DNA from: Cycas panzhihuaensis
Lineage: Eukaryota > Plantae > Cycadophyta
DNA: 64,000 nucleotides
Assembly: GCA_023213395.1 (NCBI GenBank)
Contig: CM041465.1
Coordinates: forward strand, 200,267,741-200,331,740
Direction of reading: 5' to 3'
The notes under the pieces are model-generated. The model was not told the origin of the DNA and made no database searches. It saw only the letters and a list, made by a program, of their open reading frames with translations. The position numbers and the translations under genes were made by a program. Positions 56,466 through 64,000 of this stretch are shown here, in pieces. Position 1 is the first letter of the stretch, and each line of letters begins with the position of its first letter.

Positions 56466-59192
56466 TGGAGATACCCATGTGAGGGGATAAGAAACAACTA
56501 TACACCTATGCATGATAGAATTAGTGTGCGAAAGTAGAAAGGGATGTGATATGCCTCCTATTCATCCATTAAGGGAATCCATGCACCACTTGGGCATGGA
56601 TTTGGCACTCATGTGGCGCGTGTTCTCTTCTCTGCATATAAAGTTTTAGATTTGGTAGTTACGTAGATGCAGTTGGTATGTAGATTTATGAGTTATGGAT
56701 GGCTTAGCCCTCTCAGGTTACCGAGTTACTTAAGTGGGTTCCTTTTATCCTTATATAGAGAAAGGGAAAAAGGTTCCCTCATGGGGTGAGGATATGATGG
56801 GAAAGGTAAGTGAAAAGAGGAATAAAAGTTTAAATTATTTTTCTTGTCTAATTTTTGTATATATGAAGTGATGGTGTGCTTCTCTTAGGGTTTCCTATTA
56901 ATGTGGTTTTATTTGTATGCATGTTGTAAAAAAAAGACAATGACTAAGGAATGTAATAAACAAATAGTGTATTAAATATATTAAGCCTCGTTCTCATTTC
57001 TTTTTCTTTTCTCTCATATCTCAAAAGAGTTATGGAATCATATGCTAATTAAAAAAAGAGATATTGATGCATATGATAGATAGAACAAGGAGAATGGAGA
57101 GTAGATACCCTTTTCTACATGCAGTGTAATGTTCCCCAATATGGCTTTTATAAAAAAAAAAAAACTTTTCCTTTAAATTAATCCTTCTTCCTACATGCAA
57201 CAAAAGATGTCTCTTAAAAACCTTTATCTATTTTCTTTTAATGATTATGCAACCAATGGAAACTAACCATAAAAGGATGGAAGAGAAGTTTGTTGCAATG
57301 AGGGAGTTAAAGGTAATAGTTTCAACAAAGAGTAAAATAACATATAAGGAGAATAAGGTTTTATAAACATGCACCCAGTTCATGACATTTGGAGATGTTC
57401 CCTCCCTTAGTCCTCCTTGATTTCCCTTTGCTTTAATCACAAGCTCCTTTGTAATGCAAGAGGTGTAGGATGAAAAGGGATCCACTTACCTCACCCAAAC
57501 GTAACTAGAAATGATGTGTAAATAAAAGAGAAGTAAAGAAACCAAAGAACATGCTAAAATATAAATGGAGCTTACCTTGAGGGATGTAATTTACCTCTAT
57601 GTCCTTCAAGCTATTTTGGAGGGGCTTGCTCTCCACCTTGCATATATATTAGAAAACTACCCACAAGAAATATTTGCTATATATATGTCATAATCTACCT
57701 TCTACACGAGATAAGAAGAATATAAGCACTACACTTGAGTGCTAAAGATAAGGAAAAGAGGTGAGGGGTGCTTCAAGATGGAAGTAGCCTCCCCAATGAA
57801 GGTGGTTTTCTTGATGAAGCCAAAGGAAACCTTTGAATCCCTACAACTTAGGCAAAAAATAAATAAAAGTGACGTGGAACACAATAGTCATGGGGATTCC
57901 AAATGGTTAATATCATATAATCATAGTAAAATATGCCATCATGGCCAATATTGGAGTGTAAGGTATATGCACCAAGGAGATATAGCACCATATAGCTTGT
58001 AAGGGGATTACCCAAAAAGTTAGGGGTACAATAGTTGATTGTTACTACTATAATCTTCCTTAGACTTCCTGAAGCTATTGGTGTATCCTGCCAATTGCTC
58101 CTCTAATGAAATGATAATAGTTATACGGTATCTTTTACCTAATTAAGTGAGTCTCTCTGATGTTTTAAGGAAGCGAGTACAAAAATGGTTGTGATCCACA
58201 ATATTGAAGCTTAAGAATGAGAAAAATAGAGCTAAGTTGCTAAGATCTAAGCCAAATATAAAAGTTCCCATTGAATACAATCAAGAATATCCTTGGAGCT
58301 TACCCATCCAACATGAAAATGATTGTAATTTAGATTAAATTCCTAGAAGAATCTCAATTCTAACTTTTAAGAGAGTAAATTTTTTCAAAATTCAAGAAAA
58401 TAAGGAGAGGAATAAGAGGAAGGCCTTTCAAATTGAGGAGTTTTATATCTAGAATTCATGTATTAGGTTGGTGGTTTCATGTATGAAACCACCCCCCTAA
58501 AAACCATGGATTGCCATGGTTTGATTTGAAAAACCCTACTCTAATTCAAACAAAAGTGGTAACTTGATTAATTAGTAAGATTCCCTGGACCATTGTACAC
58601 CCATCTTGGCTTTCCATGGTGCACAAGCACTGATAGAGGAGCATTAATAGTAAAATTTAAATATTGTTGGTTGTGAGCGACTGTACTTACAATTGCATCA
58701 CAAAGTTATTTGTGGTACCATAAATACATCTACAATACCATAAAATACTCTATATAATATAAGTAACAATTAGAGTGGTATAGTAACAGTATATCAAAAA
58801 TTGACTATAGAACTACAAGCTTCCACTTCAGACACCTACAAACTAGTCTTAAGGTCTCTAAGTGAATAATAACATATAGTTGAAGAAAAAGAATGAAGTG
58901 AAACAAGTAGAAATGAGCCAAAATCTAATAAGGATGAAATTGCAGGTAATCTAGAAGGGTCGTCTTACTAATTATTAGGCCATGATTGGGGGTTTTGAGG
59001 CCATTGGACTAGTGTCCTAGTCATCATTAGCATAAAAGAGAAATAGGTAAGCCAAGCAAGTGTTAAGCATGCATTTCATTAGCACCCAAGATCCAACAAT
59101 GTAACTGTAAAGCTATGAGTGGGGAAGAGATACGTGCCTTCACTTACCTATGGGTTTCCATCTCCCAATCTATTCTTGGTAGCTAGGAAACG
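56466..59192 (-). repeat. 5' LTR of element F (~2.7 kb)
   Basis: Homologous to 30341-33363. Confidence 0.75.
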
Positions 59193-62100
59193 AGATCCAA
59201 TTAGGTCTTAAAAAACTTCCTAGGTAATAACAATGCTATGAGGTAACTCTTCTACCACATGACCAAAGGGTTAGTAGTAGGCTTTAAGGCCTCCTACTAG
59301 TATGATCAATAGGACCTTTGACCTCCTTACTTCTATCATACATTCCTTTGAATGTATGGTTAGGGATTTGAAGCTCCAACCAACTCAAACTTCTTTAGAA
59401 CTACATTGAACCATGCACCAAACTTCCTAAACTTTTCTACCTAAAGGTGGAAGCACCCAAACTTCTCAAGGGAGGAAGGCAAGAGCCCTCCCAAAAAGAA
59501 GTGGTGTTCTATGCATGGGGAGTGCTTGCATGAGGATTCACATTGTTGGTCATGATACCTTAAGATTATGCCATGCCATGAATCCTCTCCTTGAAGTGCT
59601 TCTAAACCCAACCTAGAGTAGCCTATTCATCAAGACCCTTTTCCCAACCATGGTGAATAGTATCAACCTACACAAAATAGGAGAGTAAGAAATAGAAGAT
59701 GATATACTACCCCTTCTTTTGACTAAGCAAAGGGGAAGGGTCCAAGGGATCCATCCCCTTTGTTGAGTCCAAGGTCCCAATTCGCTTCATCCTCTCAACC
59801 TAAGAACAAAGGTAAGAGAGTGATCTAAATACTTGATACAACTCAAGTGTGCCCTGTTATACATTCTCAAGCTACAAAGGAGGCCGATGAAGCCCCCACT
59901 TTACAATAAAACCATCCCATAGGTAACCCACCTATGAAGATTCCTATGGTCTCAAAGACCATTCTTGTCTATCTTGGGTATTATGATTTTTGAAGAGCAC
60001 TTTCTCAACACACCAAAAAGGGGAAGGCCTTCTCCATTATCAAAGAGCTTCACACAGTATTTCCAGGTATGTCCATAATAGATGTCCTACAGAGTTGCCT
60101 CGAGTAATAGGCTCTTCTCCTAGAGGCCCTTGGCCAAAAGGATGCTCCTATCTATTATGTGGACATGACCTCTTGTGGGTCACCCATCATTTCTTTTGAC
60201 CCAAGGGACATTCCTTCCACTAGTGAGAGGAAGTGCCATTAGCACTACCCCTTCACCATCACTATCAATCCTCTTGAGTTCACATTGAAGAGGACCATTA
60301 TAGATAATGACTCTTCAGTGAACACCATGCCTATATGCATGGTAGAGAAGCTAGTTATAGAGGCCATCGAAGTAGTCTCATGCAGATGCTAAGGCCATGA
60401 TAGTAGTGAGAAGGCACCCTAGGAATGGTAACACCCACTCATTCTAAAAGATAAAATGATGTGAATTGATATTATGGTTCTTAACATTGATGTGGACTAT
60501 AACCTCTTGTTGGGTTGCCCATGGCTTCACTAAATGGGAGTCATTTGCTCTTCTAGGTGGGGACAACTCAAGTTTGCTCATGGAGGGCAAATAAAGGTTG
60601 TCACCAAAGAGGCCCCTCCTAGCTGATCATCCCATCAACCATGCCAAGCAATCTTGGGGGTAGCCAATGAGGATGAAGACCCATCTGACCCATCAATTGT
60701 TGCTTTCTTTGATATTAAATACCCCTAGGAAGGGGAGGATGCACCTCTATCATGACCAAATCTGGTTCATTTTACCCCTATCAACATAGGGATCTACATG
60801 TATTTAGTTGTCTTAAGTGGCCATGAGCGTGATGATGACTATGAAGAATTGCCTCATCAAATCTCCCTTAGCACGCAAAGGGGACGTGCCCCTCATCCCT
60901 TAGTACATCTCATATTCTAATGTGGGACTTGTGTGGGGTCAAATGAATATTACTTAGCTATGATGATTGGGCCTTCTTCTACTTCATCCCAACAACCACA
61001 TGCTATTAACATACTAACGTACATGGACCCGCAACCCACCTATAAGAATTCTACTTTAGGAGCCCCTTAACCCTTGTCATCCTTTGAAGACAATGAGGAT
61101 GTTGAGTTCCTTTTTTCTCATGATGGGTCTATCATTTATGATCCCAACCCTAGCTATCATTTCCCCCCTCAAGTAAGGATACAATATCATAGGAGGGTGT
61201 ACTTTAACTCTTCAGAAGAGTCCTCCCACTATTATGCCTGGCTAGTTATTTGCTATGCGCCTGTCACTCCCTTACTTACTTCCTAACCTTCTATTGATAA
61301 CGCTGTCCATGGGATAGATTACTTTGAGAATGATGAGATCTTAGTAGAACACTTAGTGAGGGCTACACCCAATTTACCTTCTAGAGACTACAAGCTTAGT
61401 TTTTGGAAGTGTTTGGCTATTGGATCATCCCTAGCTAAGCATAATCAACCAACAACTCCTCCTCATCCACTTGTTAACCAAGCCCCCTTCCACTTTGATG
61501 AAGGGAATGCCATGTGCATAAGGGTAACCAAGAACATCATACTTGTCTTTGATAAGGTCATAAAGGTTGGAATGGAATAATCTCCTCAAGAAATAAATGT
61601 ATATACCAAGTTATTTCAAGAGTTTTATGATGTCTTCGCATGGGACTATTCATATATAAGGGGAATAGACCCTAATGTCATTACTTATAACCTTACCATT
61701 ATCCCAAGTGCTCGCACCGTGAGACAAAATCAATGTTTGGTACACTCAAAACTATTAGCTACATTGAAAATGGAAGTTGAAAAGCTGCTAGATATAGGCC
61801 TCATCCCTTCCATTGACTACCCTAGATGGGTCTATAGCATTGTACCCATCACTAAGAAGAATGGAACCATTAGAATTTATGTTGACTTTAGAGACATCAA
61901 CAATGTATATTTTAAAGATAACGTTTCCCTTTTTTTTATCAATTAAATCATTAATCATACCATTAGTTTTGAAGTTATGTCCTTAATGGATGGCTTCTCT
62001 AGCTACAACCAAATCTAGATATCTCCCCAAGACCACCACAAAATGACCTTCACCACTCCTTGAGGAACATTTACTTATAAAGCCATGCCCTTGAATTTGA

Positions 62101-63368
62101 AGAATATCAGCACTACCTACTAAAGGGCTATGCAATTTATATTCTATGACCTCGTTAGTAGGATTCTTAAGGTCTTCATGGATGATATGATGGGCCTTTT
62201 CTAAAAAAAGGCTAATCACCTTGAGGACCTTAGGGCCATTTTTATGAGGTGTCGCAAATACCATGTTAGCTTAAATCTACTTAAGTGTATCTTTACAGTG
62301 ACAACTAGTAAAGTCTTAGGGTTCCTTGTTTTCTAAGTTGACTTTGATAAGGTCAAAGTAATAGTCAAGATGCCTTCCCCAAGAATACAATGGAAAGTTA
62401 AGTCATTCTTGGGGAGATTAGGTTTATTGAGGCATTTCTTAGTAGATTTTTCTATTAATGCCAAACCTTTAACCAACCTACTTAAGAAACGGACCCCTTT
62501 TGTTTGGTCCCCTAGGGCCTAAGAGGCCTTCTAGAAGGTAAAACCATCCCTTGTATTAGCTCCTATCTTGGTCTATCCTCTTTTTGATTGCTCTTTTATT
62601 CTATATACTTCAATGACTAATGAATCTCTAAGGGCCATGTTAGCACAGGACGATGACTCCAAAACTAAGAGGGCCATCTATTTTATTAGTTGTACCTTAG
62701 TGGTAGTAGAGTTAAACTACCTATCGACTAAGAAAGAATTCTTGGTGCTAGTTTACACTACTAAAAGATTTAGGCATTCTCTCTTGGGAAATACCACTTA
62801 TGTGATTGTCCAATCTAATCTCTTGAGATACCTTATGACATAATCTAACTCGATGGGAAGGACTAGCAAGTGGGCTATCCTCCTTTAAGAGTATAATATA
62901 AAAATTATCAACTAAAAATCGAAGAAAGGCATGGTAGTCATAGAACAACTAGCACATGCTCCCATACTAAACTCACTTAGGGTTCTAGTTGATGATTCCT
63001 TGCTGACAAACCTATTTTAGCTCTTCAGTAAACCAATGGCCATCCATTAGTTAACAATAAATGATATAGTGATATAATTAACTACCTAACCCAACAAGAA
63101 TATCCGATTAATGCGATACAAGGTCAAGTTGGGCATGAGGGTGTCCACTCAACAATACATCCTCATAGAGGACATATTATATAAATGATCATTTGATGAC
63201 ATACTCCTTCATTGTGTTAACCTAGAGGAGACTGACTTAATTCTTTGCAAGTGCCATAATAGCATTTGTAAATGCCACTTTGGGGTCTAATTGATGATCC
63301 AACAAATCCTATTTATGGGTTATTATTGGCCAACCATATTTAAAGATGCCCATGCCTATGCTTATTAG
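59193..63368 (+). pseudogene. Gypsy element G (D/F family): partial gag-PR-RT-RH-INT N-terminus
   Basis: PR IIDNDSSVN and YNLLLGCPWL; RT WVYSIVPITKKNGTIRIYVDFRDIN and FMDDM; RH 62568-62843; INT zinc-binding start GYYWPTIFKDA, then cut. Confidence 0.92.
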
Positions 63369-63497
63369 ATCTAATTGCTTGGGTCCAATATAGCCTCAAT
63401 TATGATTGAAACCTATTTAGGATTTAGTAGCTTTTACCCTTGTTGTATCTAAGAGATTCTCTTATAATAAAAAAACCAAACCACAGTCCTATCCCCT

Positions 63498-64000
63498 TCT
63501 AACACACTACATACTATATGGTGAGGTTACATATGGGGACAACATGTTGTACTCCTAGATAAAGGTTTAGAGGATGAGGGTGAGGCACTCTTGCCAGTGG
63601 AACATTAGCATGTATACCTATGAGAAGATATTTTCACAAAGCAAGAAGATGAGGGAGTGGTTAGTTCATAGCTAGCAACTTAGGAGATGTGCAAGAGTCA
63701 TCATGAGAGGGAAGGTCCATGTGGGACACCTTCCTAGGCATGTAGGAAATTAGAGTGACATATCTGGGAGGATGCTCATGGTCCTTAACATCTGACTGTA
63801 GGTCACTCATGATATCTAGGTAGCCATAACTACCTATACCAATAGGCATGAACCTAACTACATTAGGTTTAGGAGGAGTTAAGGGGTTATCCTAATGAAG
63901 GTTTCCCCCTTGAAAAAAACTCATTGAGGAAGGGAGAGGCTCATTAGGGTCACTATCTTTGGCATTAAAGACTGCCTGATAAGTAGGAAGAGATATGCAA
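63498..64000 (-). repeat. Near-identical direct copy of 26484-26986 (post-protease region of D)
   Basis: Two mismatches seen in 503 bp. The identical ORFs 26647-26835 and 63661-63849 differ by one residue (E/K). Confidence 0.95.

Larger units (their letters stand above)
46100..59192 (-). mobile_element. Tat/Ogre-like Gypsy element F (5' LTR-gag-PR-RT-RH-INT-3' extra region; 3' LTR lost)
   Basis: LTR 56466-59192; PBS 56447-56464; PR ~53450-53805 (YNFLLGCPWL); RT ~51500-52260 (WVSNIVPITKKNGAIKICVDFR, MDGFSSYN, FMDDM); RH ~51100-51450; INT to 49764 (KFGPRWVCPF). Confidence 0.92.

Noticed and set aside
63498-63520. Helitron 5' end (TC...)
   Set aside because: It is not preceded by A in either copy, no 3' hairpin or CTRR is visible, and the content is Gypsy sequence.

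Overview
This is a gene-free, AT-rich plant heterochromatin-type window made almost entirely of nested, decayed LTR retrotransposons. Heavy C>T/G>A decay has left CpG scarce, and many CAG/TGG codons now read as stops. The Tat-like Gypsy content suggests a gymnosperm-type genome (inference). Target-site duplications (TSDs) and rejoined reading frames give a clear nest: an old Copia (B) is split by a 21-kb Tat-like element (E, TSD GAAAT) and by Copia A; A's LTR is split by full-length Copia C (TSD TTGGT); E's 5' LTR is split by Gypsy D. Further right are a chromovirus-type Gypsy, more Copia fragments, and two more Gypsy copies of the D family (F minus, G plus). Two giant (AT)n arrays produce all the long ORFs in the track, which are spurious. 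The main points of interest are: (1) an intron-containing Plant Mobile Domain (MAIN/MAIL1-like) gene carried antisense in the 3' region of D/F; (2) a stand-alone archaeal-type RNase H downstream of a pol-less body in E; (3) conserved splice donors and a micro-exon inside the ~3-kb D/F LTRs; (4) a young CpG-rich 107-bp PPT+mini-LTR insert without TSD; (5) a near-identical 0.5-kb duplication 37 kb apart. All alignments and translations were done by eye, and no intact protein-coding gene was found.
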